From: Amoebophrya sp. A120
Taxonomy: Eukaryota > Protista > Dinoflagellata
Assembly: GCA_905178155.1 (NCBI GenBank)
Contig: CAJINV010000012.1
Location: forward strand, 305,271-369,270
Length of the DNA: 64,000 nt
Direction: 5' to 3'
Part shown: positions 12,741 to 25,917 of the stretch, in pieces
Layout: each line of letters begins with the position of its first letter
Numbering within the stretch: the first letter of the stretch is position 1
Program-made: the position numbers and the translations under genes
Notes under the pieces: generated by a model
What the model saw: only the letters and a program-made list of their open reading frames with translations
Told to the model about the DNA's origin: nothing
The model's database searches: none

Positions 12741-15700
12741 TCATTTCCTCGCCATCAACTCTTGCATGAAGCTCTCGTATGCAGTGTCTTCCTCATCACC
12801 GCTGGTGCTTACTTCACAGCTCTCACCGTCTTCATCATCGTTGTCCCCATCCCTGTTTGGAGGTTCCGTTTTGCCAATTCCATTCACGAAAACTGTACCA
12901 GAGGACGCACTTTGTTTTATAATTCCACCGTGTACTTTATTCCGTTTGGTCGTGTTCCTTCTCCTGTTATTCTTATTTCCCGAACAAGCATGTTGCTCTG
13001 AGGAGGAAGAAAATGAAAAGGCTCTCGAGGGTCTGTCAACTTCATCAGGTCCAGCGAAGTTCTGGTCCAGCGGATTCCGCGAGGAAGAAGAAGCGCAGCC
13101 TGGTCTAGAACTGCAGTTAAAAAACAAATCCACGGCGACAACCTTGTTGTTCTTCTTGCCGTGTGACAGGCCCCCACGGGGATCTGCTTTTCTTTCTCCT
13201 CGACTGCTGGATGGTGGTCCTGGTCGTGCACCACCTCCGCGGCCGGGAGGTGTGATACAATCTGGACCTGACCTTGTCCTTGCAGATGAGCTTGATGCGC
13301 CGCTACGACCCGCCAAACGATGCTTTGTGTTCTCGAAAGCAATCATATCTGCCTCCTCGACGAGCCTCTCCGCAGGGGCGCAGAAAGCAATATGGCGTTC
13401 TCAAACGTTACATTATCAACTGTTACATGAATTTGTAATGCAAGAGTGGCAAAAGTACAGGAGGAAGATTGCGCCTTTTGCATTACAGATTTGGGACGGA
13501 TTATAGTGCTATGTAGCGCGTCGAGAAGTTGTCATGCAAGGCAGGCTTGGTCGTGTGATTGTGAATAGTGATAGTGTTTTTGCATGACAAATCATGTAAC
13601 AGTTGAGAGTGTAACGTTTGAGAGCCCCATAAGCAAGCAGCAGCGGAAACAGGAATGAGAAGGAGACACTGGCGGCGGTGGAGGAACCAGGGTGTTGAGA
13701 AGTGCAGCTCTTTTCGTTCGGAGTTACAGCTTGTGGCCCATCATCTGAGTCGGCGTTTGTTAATATTTCTCGATCTCCATTTATTTTATTCCCAACGACG
13801 CCGCCGGAACTCCCTATTCTGTTGACGCACAGCATAACCGTGAAAAAAACGGCTTTGAATGCTGGTGGCAAAAACCGAAAGCACGCCGCCTGCGAAAAGG
13901 TGAGTTCCTGCCGGTCTTCGGGCGTGGGGTAGAGGTGGGTGAAAAGGTGATGCAGATCGTCGTCCGTGTGAGTCAAATATGGAATGAAAAACGTAGTACA
14001 ACACTGCATAGAAATTTCATTTGTGATCAGAATCGTTCATGCGGCTTCGCGACAGAAGGCAACGCTTTGCTTTTCATGCACTTTTTGTTTCATGATCATG
14101 CGCGACTTCGCTGATTAGTACTTTTTGAGACTTATTTTCCACACCATATCAACACCTGTGCTGCGATACGCGGCGGCCAGCGGATGCACAACTTCTGGTG
14201 CAGACAGTCGTTCACGCTGTCCTTCTGAGCAGGGCTGGCTTTGTCCCAAGAAGGAGAGGATGTGTTGCTTTTCGAGTTATCATAAGCCACCACCTCGTCC
14301 ATGTCCTCGTTATTTGCTGGAAAACCTGTGTTCTGCAGAGGTGCGGAGCATTGCAAATGCACGGATGTCTGCCTTTCGCGCTCAAGGAGGGAGACCGGTC
14401 GTGCAAAATCTACTGCATCTCCAGCGTCATGGTCAAGTACAGGTGCACGGCAAGCCGGGTCACCAAGTTGACTTTCCTCGTTCTTGTTTCCAACGAGTTT
14501 TATCAGTTGGCCCTTCCACGTCCCAAATTCGGCTGTTGCTCGATAGCTGAAGCTCAATTCCACGATTTTCGGCCGGTGCGCTCCTGTACTGTTATTTCGG
14601 CGGTCCTCCTCTGACCCGACGTCAAGTTTCGCTCCTGCTGGACGACCTCCTGCTAGAGAACCAGCCTGCTGTCCCGCGGCGGGCGTGGGGGCCGCGACCA
14701 AGATTAGCAGAAAATCCGCCGGCGTTTCGTCTGGTTTGGTGCTGTTACTGTTGGACGTCGAGGCAACTAGGCCCTTTCCGTTCAGAGACCAGCTAGTAGA
14801 GATGGTGCTGTAGTGGCGAGATGAGGATGGCGTCGGTAATGATGAATTTGATAAAAACTTGGAATCTTTATCATCGCTTCGCGCGCCAAGAACACCAACG
14901 TCAACCTCTGCCGGAGCGTGCAGCTGCTGTTGGGCAGTCGTGTGTAGGTGTTCCTCCGCGTCCTGTCCTTCACGCCTTTGCTTTTCGTCGGACGGCCCCG
15001 CCCCCCTTGGTGGGGAAAGCGCGTTACTTCTGGCCCGGTATTTCAGGTGTTGGACCTCGTCACAAACCAGCGGCCGGCTCACAGTCAAATCCACGCCCCC
15101 GCTCGCGTACTCAACCACCGTTTCGTGCGGGGTGTGCAACACAAATTTACGTTCTTCGCCGCACAAGATCATAGAGCTGCAAATTTCATTCGCACGGAAA
15201 AAAAGAACGACGCTTCAGATTCTCAACCGCAGGTGAAAGGACCTACCTAGTGATGCAGAAGCTCAAGCACAAACTATGTAAATTTCCGTATCGCGAGTTG
15301 AGGGCCCGCAGTTTCAAATCGTATGATCATGTTTTCTACTTGCACGGCGAAGTTTGAAGTTCAACCCCGGGGCATACTTTTGGCAGAAGATAGACAGCGG
15401 GTTCTCTACCGGCCCCAGCGGAAACTCGCGAATCAGCTGTGGGATAGAGGTTACTGTTGTTGAATTTCCAAAACGCGGACCTGCTTCGTCGCCTTCTGAG
15501 CGTGGTGGAAATTTGCCACCAGAATGGTCGTCGTCGGGAAAAGGACCTATCCCGGCCTGCTCATCACACGGTCTTGGTTGTCCCGAGTCGTTCGGCGATT
15601 GTGTCCTAGAAGCCATCTCCAGTTCTTGTGCGGCGGGCGCGGTTGATGTTCTTGCGCTGCGAGAGGAAGAGCTCGCTTCTATTCTCATTCGGTTGTCCCT

Positions 15701-16908
15701 GTGAGAGGTTTGAGGCTGTTTGCGTTGCTGCTCTGATGTGGGTATGTGGCACTGTTGTGAAGAAAATATTTCGTCTTTGTTCCGAGAACCGTCAGAGCCG
15801 CCTCTAGTACAGCTTCCGGCCCCCGCGCCAGCCCTCCCACCACCAGCAGGAAGCTTGCAATAGATCCACTCGAGCGGATTGCGATCCAAATTGTTTTCAG
15901 ACTCGGAATCCGATGGCGAGGTCTGGAAGCAAACCATATCAACTGCAAAAGTGTCTGGGTCTGGAAGTATCAGTATGCAACTTGTCATGCTAAATCTGAA
16001 GCATGCAAAAATCTGTGTTGCATGATTACCAAAAGTCGTCCAGTTTTGCCCAAGTCGGGAGGCAGTTTCTCATGCAGGATATGCGTGAGAATTGAGAGAG
16101 ATCGCACAGGAGATGAATTTGTCCTGCTAGGTCCTGCATTCCAGACCTCATGGGTCATGGAAAATTTGCATGACAAACTCCCCCAATCTTCTTCCAGACC
16201 CAGACATTTTTGCATTTGATAACCCAAACCCGGATGCAAGTTTGAGTTTGTCGTCGTAGTGGTTCCATCTACAACTTCCTGTCCTCGCGGGGGACGAGTA
16301 CCAGATGCAGCTCCTGGCTGCACAAACGAAGTGGCACCTCCTGCGCCGTCGGCACAGCTATCTCCGAAGCTCAAGTAGAGGAAAAAAATCTTTACCTCGT
16401 CGTGCTGTCGCTGATTCATGCGTATCATCCGGTGGTTAATCTTTGTTGCGCTGCTGTTGGTTCGTGGACCATTTGTTCCGGGGTAATTTTGATCGTGCTG
16501 GCGTGAGGATGAGGAAGAGGACGCTTCCTGTATCGGTCCGCTCCCCTGTTGATGTTGATCAACATCCGGAGTACTTCTAGCTCGCACGTTGTCATAGTCG
16601 TACCGGAGCTGATCAGGATGCTTGTACTTTGCGGGGATGACCCATTTTAAATCCAGTTTTTCCAGCAAATGCGGGAATCGGATCAAATACCTTTCTCCAA
16701 CCTTGTCGCCACGGACGGTCGTCGCCTGGAAGGGAAAGGATCTCCTTGGGTCTGCGCCGGATTCAAATTCTGGTCCACTAGCGGTTGTAGCTACGTTTGG
16801 TTGTGTTATAACTGTATCGTTCTTTCCGCCTTCGAAAAAATAGGTTCTTCTCGGCCCTTGTGTTCCAGTGCTGGTGGTAGGGCGCCGACCGAAATCTTGG
16901 GCCACCAT
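12741..16908 (-). CDS. Hypothetical multi-exon protein, Ser/Gln-rich
   Basis: Chain of long minus-strand ORFs (15985-16908, 15314-15988, 14132-15172, 13509-14009, 12741-13346). Two junctions become in frame after removing TIR elements 15937-16221 and 13391-13631. Ends are uncertain. Confidence 0.5.
13391..13631. mobile_element. Introner, F family (TATGGCGTTCTCAAACGTTAC)
   Basis: Clear TIR pair, perfect flanks AGCAA, frame restored. Confidence 0.85.
15937..16221. mobile_element. Introner, A family (TAT..GCAAAA.TGTCTGGGTCTGGAA)
   Basis: ~30-bp TIR pair, flanks AACCA/ACCCA, frame restored. Confidence 0.85.
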
Positions 16909-18509
16909 CGGGTCAATTGCAGCAGTTCGTGTCTTTTACTCTGGTGGGCCACGCCCGGTGTAGCACGCTCTAGTTGGGCGTGTCTTCCACAAGGAGAATT
17001 GTTTGTTGATGAAAAGCTTTTTCTCAAGATGTCATGTGGCTCAATATGCTATATGAATGGCCAAGAAAAACAAGTAGTTGATATGCCTGCAACACACTGT
17101 AGTACCCAACATTTTTATCGTGAGCAAACACTCCGAAGTGATGTATGATCGTAAGTAGAAAAAGGATTCACTAGAAGTAGGAGTAGCGCTCGCATAGAAC
17201 GAGGTGGATTAAGTAGATAGTAAACAAAGGAAAGGTCGTGGACCCAAAAAATCTGAATCACGTTTATGAAAGATCAAAAGCATCACGACCCAGTGTAAGA
17301 AGTGACAAAAAGTAGATATGCAGTTGGGATGGATGCCTCCAAGCAATGGACAGGACTATCGTTACTTAAGCTTGATCGCGAACTGTTTTGCTGAGCAACA
17401 TCAATTCCATGTTTGGGATGCCTCCACCTTGTCGCACCTTCGTGCTCGTACCGACTACACGACCACAACATAAAAGCAAACGACGCGACTGCCGAAAAAA
17501 CTGCTTCAGCCCTGTCGCGATCAACACTCGAAACAAAAAGAACACGCCACGAAATGAACAATCGAGCACCGGGCGCCGCACTTCCTGCTGCGAAGCACTA
17601 GCGAGGCTCCTGTTGTTTCTTTTCGGCGGATATAACATAGGCGCCGTTACCCGCCGACCAGCCGGTACCCAGTCCGGAGATACACCGGACTACGGATTAA
17701 TGCGTAGGCGCGAGTGGATGCTCAGACCTGCCGAAAGGCTGCCGACGCCGACGAAGCTACGGGGGTGTGCGTACTAAGCAAGGCTGGCGGACTAGGTGAC
17801 GCATGGCCCCCGCGCCTGCGCGAGTGCGCGACCATGTTCGTTTTTGCGCATGCAACCGAAAAGGCAGGGGCCGCGGGGGCAATGTTGGTGGCCACCCAAC
17901 CGTAACAATGGGGCGAGGGCCCATCCGAGATCCGGCGAGGAAACGAAGTAGGCGCCCTCCCGACCAATCAAAACCAACGACGAGGCCCACCACAAGATTG
18001 CTGGGGGCCTTGTCCGACAGAGAGACACTGGAGCGAGGCGGGCCGCGAGGCGGGCCGCGAGCGCGCCCCGGGCGCCCCGTTCGGACGCAAGGGGGCGGGC
18101 GAAGAAACACCACGGGGCCGCCGAACCGTGCGCCACGCGGTGGGCCCCCTCGCTGCCGGGGTGGGCGTTAGCTAGGGGGGGCTCGGGGCCGGCGGCGCGT
18201 CCTCCTCTTGACGTTTTGCGTCCATTCTTCATTTTGCTTCCGGACCAAAATGCTCCGCGATGCGCGGGCAGCTGATCCCACGGGCGCGACACCCCCGCCG
18301 GCGTTTGGGTCTTCTATACGGCGCTGGCGGGCCTGCAGCTCCGCGCCGCGAAGGAGGGCAGCGCCCCCGGGCGATGACTGTTACGCCTCAGCGCGCACCC
18401 ACCCGCAGCGCGATCGTGACTGCCGATGTCGGGGTGGGGGCGCGGCCCGTCCTTCCCCACCCCGCTCAACTACAAGCGCACATCTGTCATGTTCCACCTC
18501 GACTGCGTT

Positions 18510-21500
18510 TTGGGTGTAGCTTAAATCTTGGCAACTAGGTCTCACCTACAGCTTCCCTCAAGAACGTTCTCAAAACTCTAGCTCTACACATGTCACACGG
18601 ACTAATAGGGTATTAACTCAAGGTCAAGGACAGATCATCAGTCAATGTCATCGCTCTTTCTGACGCTTTGTCGCACTGACAATACTGAGCAAAAAAGCCA
18701 TCTGCGCGGCGCCATGGCTTAGGCTTCCCTCTCAAACACGCTGGGTCACACTCCGCGTATCCCTAATGTAATCCCAATCTCACTCCCACTCGCTTGTGCC
18801 CTCTCTGCAGGCTGCGTCATGATCCGCACTTCCACCAACATTGCCTGCAACGGGTTGTTTTAAGTACTTAGAAACACACTCGCCTTTAATAAACCTGCTG
18901 GCAAATCTTGACAGGGAAGCAATGAGAAGCCAATGATCGGCGGCCCGCTTGCGCACCAATCAAGCCCAGGGCATCTGGTCGGGCAGAACCGACGATATGA
19001 ACAGAACCGACCACGAAGGCGGCTGCCGCTGGTTGAAAGGCGACGGACGCCGCGGGGGCGCGGCAATGCTAGATCACCTTCAACCGCCGCGCCAACACAA
19101 GCTAGCAAAATAAAGGCGCAACTGGTGCGGCGCCTGCTATGTTGCGGCCCGACCGAGCCAACAAGGCCCGTCGGCGTCCAGGGAGGCCGGCCGCCATGCC
19201 GGCCTGCGTAATTCTTCGTAACAACACCCACCAAATGGGGCGGGCAGTCAAAACATACGCACCGACCCGCCGGGGGCGCAGGCTGGTAGGCCGGCGCGCA
19301 GTACCCTCCTGGGGAAAGGGGGCGCGCGCAGGCGACGGGGGAAGCACCGGCGCCGGCTGCTTCCGTGGTGGGCCTGGCTGGCGCCAAGGGCCCGCCGGGT
19401 TGCCCGATAGAGCAACCAACCGCGCGCGGCCAGGCGCCGCGCCGCGCGTTCGATCGCTCGACCAACATCCGGGCGACTGCTTTTGATGCCGCGACGTTTT
19501 CTGCGGGCGATGACGATCCGACGCCGCCCGCGACATCAGCAAAGCAACAACGCCGCCCGGCTGGCGGTCGGTGAATGTGGCGCCGCAGTGCGTTCCTGCG
19601 CCCGGCCGCGCGGACGCATGGCGGCGCAACAGGAACACCATTCCACCGCGCGGCCCCCGGCTTCCAGTGTGGGGGGTGCCCACCCGCCGGCCCTTCTTTC
19701 CGGCCCCGTTCGCAAACAAATCCATCGAATTTCGTTTCCACTGCATTTCTGTATACTGTTTTAGAAAAAGGCTATCATTTTATTTAACTTTAGCTTACAC
19801 CTCGGACTCGGTCACCAGATTCCACCTAATGCTCTCCTCAACATCCTCAGCGCGCTAGCTCTTTTAAACGCGTGACGCGGCCACACGTCTTTGTTCAAAG
19901 ACGAAGAAATCACTCAGCGCCAACGCTCTTAGACTTTTACTTCACTATCAAACACAGTCAGTGCGTCAGAGTCCTATTTGCACTCACTGTCACTCTCACA
20001 CACTTGCGCCTCCTCTTCAGCAGGCTGCGTCGTGATGTGCACTTCCACTTGCACTTCCACCAACACTGCCTGTCGCTGGGTTATGAAGAGAGACGCGTCA
20101 ATATAGTGGTCCGAGGCTGGCAGACCTGCTGCCGAGAAGAGGCCAGGCAATACATGGCGGGCGACCCGGCTGCGCAGCAATCACTTAATCAAGCCGCGGG
20201 CACCTGACCATAACCAGATAGAATGAACTGTAGGACCAAAACCACAATCAAACAAAGTAAGACAGGCGGCCGGATTTGGCGGAGGGAGCCGCGGGGGGGG
20301 GGAAGCATCCATGCATGCAGCGCGCGCCAGGCATACAGGCGGCGCGCAACTGACCAAGCCAGCACGGGCGCGGAGAAGAAACGAGGCCGCAACAAGTGCT
20401 GCGCGATGGTGCGCGCGGCGCCGGGCCCGGCCGTCCGCCTCCCTGGGCACGCGCGCCGGCCCACCTGCCTTGGCTTTCTTTTGCGAAAACACACAACAAG
20501 GCCGGGCGACTGGGCGCCCACACTCACTCAGTCACATTAAAAACAGACGGCGCGAGTAGGCCTGCGCGCGCCGCCGGGGGGGCGGGCGGGGGCAATCAAA
20601 TGCCACCACACAACGGGCGGGCGCCGAGCCAGGAAATCACGCCCACCCGCTCGCCCGCCCAACCGACCAGCCGCGCGCGGGCAGGGGCGGAGACACACGG
20701 AAACACGAACGCAACCCGGGGCCCGACGCATACTTCCCCTGATCAGCTCGTCGCTGGACGCTTTTTACCTTGGAGGTTGCTTCTCAGTGTCGTGAGCTGC
20801 AGCGCAAACCGCAGAGCGGGCGCGCTTTCCACGATCCTCCTTCTTGCCGGCCCCGTTCGCGCGCAATCATCGCGCAACGACATTCACTGCAGTACTTTAA
20901 CAAAATGCGCGCGCTTCAACTATCCTTATCAAAGAATCCGGCTGAAGCATAACAGTACTAGTGCTGTCAACATCGCATGTGTATATTCTTTCTTAGAGGA
21001 TTCATTCCAATCTCTCGTTCTCAACGACACCGTTCTCAATCTCGTGACCGGAAACAGAAACATCAGATACAAGACCACTCTCCACTCCCACAGAGTGCCT
21101 CCATTGCTGTAGGATCATTCTCACGCTATCAGAACCCTGCAGCTGCATTCAACACTGCCAGCTGCGTGCATCCTCAACAACTCCATGTCCAGCAGCATCA
21201 TTTTCAGAACATATATAAACAGAGAATTGCATGACCCCCATGATATAATTTTCTTTCTCGTAGGGACCGTGCACTATTTCTAGCAGCCGGATTATTTGCT
21301 GCGACTGCGGCCCTTGTCGTGTCTAATTACTATCTATCTATCTATCGGGCGGTTGGGAAAAACCGCACGGGCTACGCAACATTTCGTCCTGTTCAGAGTT
21401 TCTTTCCTCGTGAGTTCGTCTGTTTCGCTTCTCGCTTTACCTTTACTTACTGCTTTTTCCCCACGGTAATTAGCACACTATGATCGAGTAAAGGTAAGAT

Positions 21501-24500
21501 AATGATAAGGATTCTTTTACAAGGAGATAAAAATCTTTTCTATAACAATAGGACCAGTCTGCTTACATTCGTATACGCTCATTATTTGTACAAAGTCAGG
21601 AGTGTGGGATTAGTATTGCACTGGAAGATGGTCTTCCAAAGTTAGTATCAATGTCCCTAACTGAAACTGTCCAGTCGGCCGTAAGAGGGTTTCTTTCTGT
21701 TTCTTCGCACGGTCCGGCTGTCTTTTTTCCGACTCATATTTTACCTGGGACACATTTTTATTGATGGGCCGACCCAGAAGAAGGCACTGTGACTGTCATT
21801 ATAATTAGATAGAAGTTGTCGAAATTAATTAGACACAAGCTGCTTCTATTGGTGTCTGTAGTAGCTGTAGCAGCAGCTGTACGTTGGGCGAGTCAATACA
21901 GCAACGCGTACGTACAAAATCATAAACTTTGGTGTTTTGCAGTTTATATACACACAATGCTATATTGATAGAAGCTCTTGGTGAAATAGATTGCGCTACA
22001 TGAGCCTAATTACACTTCCTTCCGAAGATCTTCATTCGGTGGCGGGAGCACTAGAGAAAGGGAGAGATGATTCACTACTGGTATAATCGTGATGTAATTA
22101 CCGCATTACAAAATCATAAAGTTGAATGCTGGATATAAAAATCGACTCTTCTTCCTTCGCACAAGGACGAGCTGCAGCTGCGACCTGCGTGACACCCAAT
22201 CTAAGTTGGAGCTCTTTGTACAACAAACCACAAACGCGCCTCACTTCTTTTTCGCCCCGGTCGTGGTCTTGCCCTTGCTGCTTCCAACGTTATATGCAGC
22301 AGCAGCAGTAGCCCCCATCGTGTTTTTTGATTTTTCCTTCGGTTTAGGTTTGCTCTTCGGAGAGGATGGTGTGTCTGCTTCGTCCACAAATGTAACCGAT
22401 CTGGCGTTCGGCGTCGTACCGTTTTTCGCAGCCAACACATTGGCACTACTGGTCGATGAGGAAGAATTCTTCGCTGCTCCTGCTCATTCGAAACCAAGTT
22501 TACCAAATTCATCCATGTCTACTACTGTGTCTTTCTTTGTTTTGGAAAATGGCGGCCGTTTCGCTGTAGCTTAAATCTCGGTGACCAGGTCTCTCCTGCA
22601 ACTTCCCTCGGAAACATCCTCAACGCGCTAGCGCTAGACATATCACACGGGCTAGTAGGATCTGAGCGTGAGCCCAAGACAGACAAATTGCCACTTCCCT
22701 CTCAAATAGATACACTGAGTTATATTAGTTCTCATATTCCTACTCCCAGTGTCACTCTCACTCCCTGGCTCCTTGTCTTCAGGCTGCGTCATGATCGGCT
22801 CTTCCACCAACATTGCCTGCTTCTGGTTTATTTAGAAACACACGCGCGCCATGGTCGGCGCGGCGGTTCTAAAGTTGCTGACGAATAGGCAAACAACGTA
22901 CGAAGAAAGGCCCCTGGCTACTGGCCAGATACAATCAACGATACGAACGGATCCAGCCGAACACCAGGCGGCCGGCGTTGCCTAGTTCGTTGGTAGAGCC
23001 GCGAAGGTAAGGCAATGCCAGATCGCCCACAACCGAACCTGCCGCGCAAACAGGCGCGCAGAACAGGAAAAACACAGCAGGCGCGACCGGTGTTATGCCT
23101 GCGTGCGTGCGATACTGGGGCCCGGCCTACCGTCCGGCCAACCGGGCAGGCCCGCCTGCACCGGCAGCACTGCCGGATGCACAACACACACAGAGGGCCG
23201 GGCGCACAACGGTCGCCAAGGGCGCTGGCGCCCCCGCCCGGGGCGGGGGAGGGAGCGAGCAAAAGCAAGCCCGGCGCCCGGGTTGGTTCGCCCACGAAGG
23301 GCCCGGCGGCGGCCAGCCACAAAAGGGCCACAGGAAACGCAATGGGCCGGCCCGCCCGGCACACCGACCCGGCGCGCGGGCGGGTGGATGGAAGGGCGGC
23401 AAGAGGTGGGAAGGCTTGGCGCCAGTGATCCAGTTCGGGGACAGCAGCTACCGCCCCCGGGGCCGCGGGCGAGTTTTTGCAAAAAGCCTGGCAGCTAACA
23501 GCGCCGGTCTTTTTAAAGATGGCGATGAGGTTCATCGGCCGCGCGCGACGCTTTGGGCTTTGTGACGTCCTTGCTGATCGCTCGCCGGACCTGTCGCCGC
23601 GGGGCCGCGTCGCCGATTGCCCTGTCAGTCTGAGCGCCAACCCCGTCCGCGGCCGGCGTTCTCCGGGAAAGGGAATCCCGAGGGGGCTCACGCGTGGGGC
23701 TGCTGCAGGAGTGCCACACGATCCCCCAGACGGACCATCCTCAGGCCCAGAGTCAGACCTCACATCTGTCCTAGAGAGAGCACGTTGGAGAAAAGCTTAG
23801 CTTTGCACTCGTGCATGCACGTTCACGCAGTCTCATCCACAAGGCCAATCCCAATACCGGCTCTACTCAAATCTAAAAATACTATACATCTATTCTCCTT
23901 CTTGTTGGGGCTCTCTCGCTATCCACTGCCACAGAATAATTATAGACCGAAACACACGTTGTGACACACTCACAAAGCCGCGCTCACACACTTGTCGCGC
24001 AGGAGGGTGCGCTCAAATGCAAATCTCTCAACACTGACTGGCTCGAACAAAACGACTCCACAAGAAGCCGTGTGCATTCGGAATCAGCGGAAATGAAGGT
24101 GGTCGCCAATGCATGGCATAGCAACGGAGATGCGTCATTGCCAGATCGCCCACAAGACCGCCAACAAACGACAAACGCATCCATGCCATGGCGGCGCGGC
24201 CGAAGAATCATAGGCAGCGAAACAACGAACGGGCCGCGCCGCCGGCCGCGCTAATACGCAGGCAACAACCCCAGCTACCGGTCCGGGGCTGTTGCGCTCC
24301 CTGCAAAAACTAAGAGGCCAATATACAAGAAACACCACGCCCACGGACTCGGGCGGGACTAGAACGCGGGCGCAGCGAGGGCGTGGGCGAACCCAAATAC
24401 ACCGCCCCACCGGGGGGGGCGCGTGGGCAGGCGAACGCCCATCCCTTCCGCAGATGGGCGGCCAACAGACACCCGGGCCGGAAGATGCGCCGGCAGGTCA

Positions 24501-24800
24501 ACCATGGCAACCAACAAGGGCCGCACATGAGAAAACACGGCCGCACGGGCGGGGCATGGCCCGCCGGGGCACGAAGAGAGGCGCGCGGCCGCTTCGCTGG
24601 GTTCCGCCTCCTGTTCGTACAACTGGCCCCACGCACCCGCAGCCATTTCCACTTCGTGCCGTTTCGCAGGTGCGCACATCCGCGGCGTTGGGACAGAGCG
24701 CAGCCTTTAGCCACATTTCCGTCGCACCCGCCCGATATTCTTGCGGCCGGAGTCAGGCACTACAGGCCCTTTGTCTATCGCCACCACAACCACTGAGCAC
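18510..24800. repeat. Diverged repeat units (~350-bp moderate-GC head plus GC-rich tail)
   Basis: Heads start (TG)TAGCTTA at ~18515, ~19791 and ~22565. CAGGCTGCGTC.TGAT...CTTCCACCAACA.TGCCTG occurs at ~18808, ~20021 and ~22780. TGC.AGATC.CC recurs at ~19067, ~23016 and ~24139. Confidence 0.65.
22241..22486 (-). pseudogene. Diverged duplicate of the last ~80 codons of the cryptochrome-like gene
   Basis: AAKNSSSSTS...ARSVTFVDEADTPSSPKSKPKP...NVGSSKGKTTTGAKKK* aligns with 25918-26400. It is preceded by an in-frame TGA and has no upstream homology. Confidence 0.75.
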
Positions 24801-25917
24801 CAGTGTCTTATTGTGTATACTTAACATTGGCATTGGATAAAGTATGTGCCACTAGTACCATTTCGAATTTCATTACCAAATTTTTCAACCCACACGCAGC
24901 ACTCTCAACATCGCACCTCTATATCTTTTCGTACTTCTGCTGAGGTCACTGCAGTCTCTCACTGCCAGCACCCTCAGACTTTGCCACTCTGAAATGACCG
25001 GAAACAAAAACGTCAGAAAGATAAAAGTGCATCTGACCGACGGCTTCTCGTTCTCACAGAGTGCCATCTACACAGTTCTGAATCAACGCCATCAGAACCC
25101 TCCACCCCGCCCTGCATGGTCAGCAAGTCCACCAACATCACCATTGTCAAAACATAAATAGACAAACAGGCCCCATACATGTCTTGCAGTTGGCGCCGTG
25201 CGGTATTTTCAGGAGCAGGCGGACCCTTCGTGGCCCTTCAGATTTCTACTAGTCGCATATCTTTGTTCGTACAAAGTCAATCTGCTAGCACCGGAATGAA
25301 TATTTACATACAATCAGCACAGTGGAAGAGCGTCGCCAAAGTTTAGTGTCGATGTCCTTCACTTTCCTCTTCGGCTAAGCCAGAAGGAGGTGTACTCCTA
25401 TTTCTACGCTGCGGTACACATAAAGCTCCATGTACCGTTTTCCTACACGTATTCTTATTTCGTGGAGACTGCGTTTAGTTTTAAAGACCCGGGTTAGGAA
25501 GTAACGGTTTATGACAACATCTCAGATTTTGTCGAAAACCGGCACAAGCTGCGCTTGATTTCTGCAGCAGCTGCATGTGGTGGGAGTCGATAATTAAGTT
25601 AGTAAATAAAATAAGTAAAAATTAGCTTATGCTGCTCTATAATCTGAATATATACAGAAGCAGCCCAGTGGCGGGAAAGCGAAAGGGATAAGGTTGTTCT
25701 ACGACAGCCTAAGTACATGTTCAGAAGATCTTCATTCCCATTCGGTGGCGGGACCACGAGAGGAGAAAGGGATGAAAGATGTATCACTTGTTTTACGTCT
25801 ACTGGTAATACAACGTTCTTTACAAAATAATTGGGTGGGTATAAATATTTTACTTTCAGAGACTGACTGAACTTCGCGGCACGAGGACGAACTGCAACGA
25901 AGAATAATAAACGCAGC

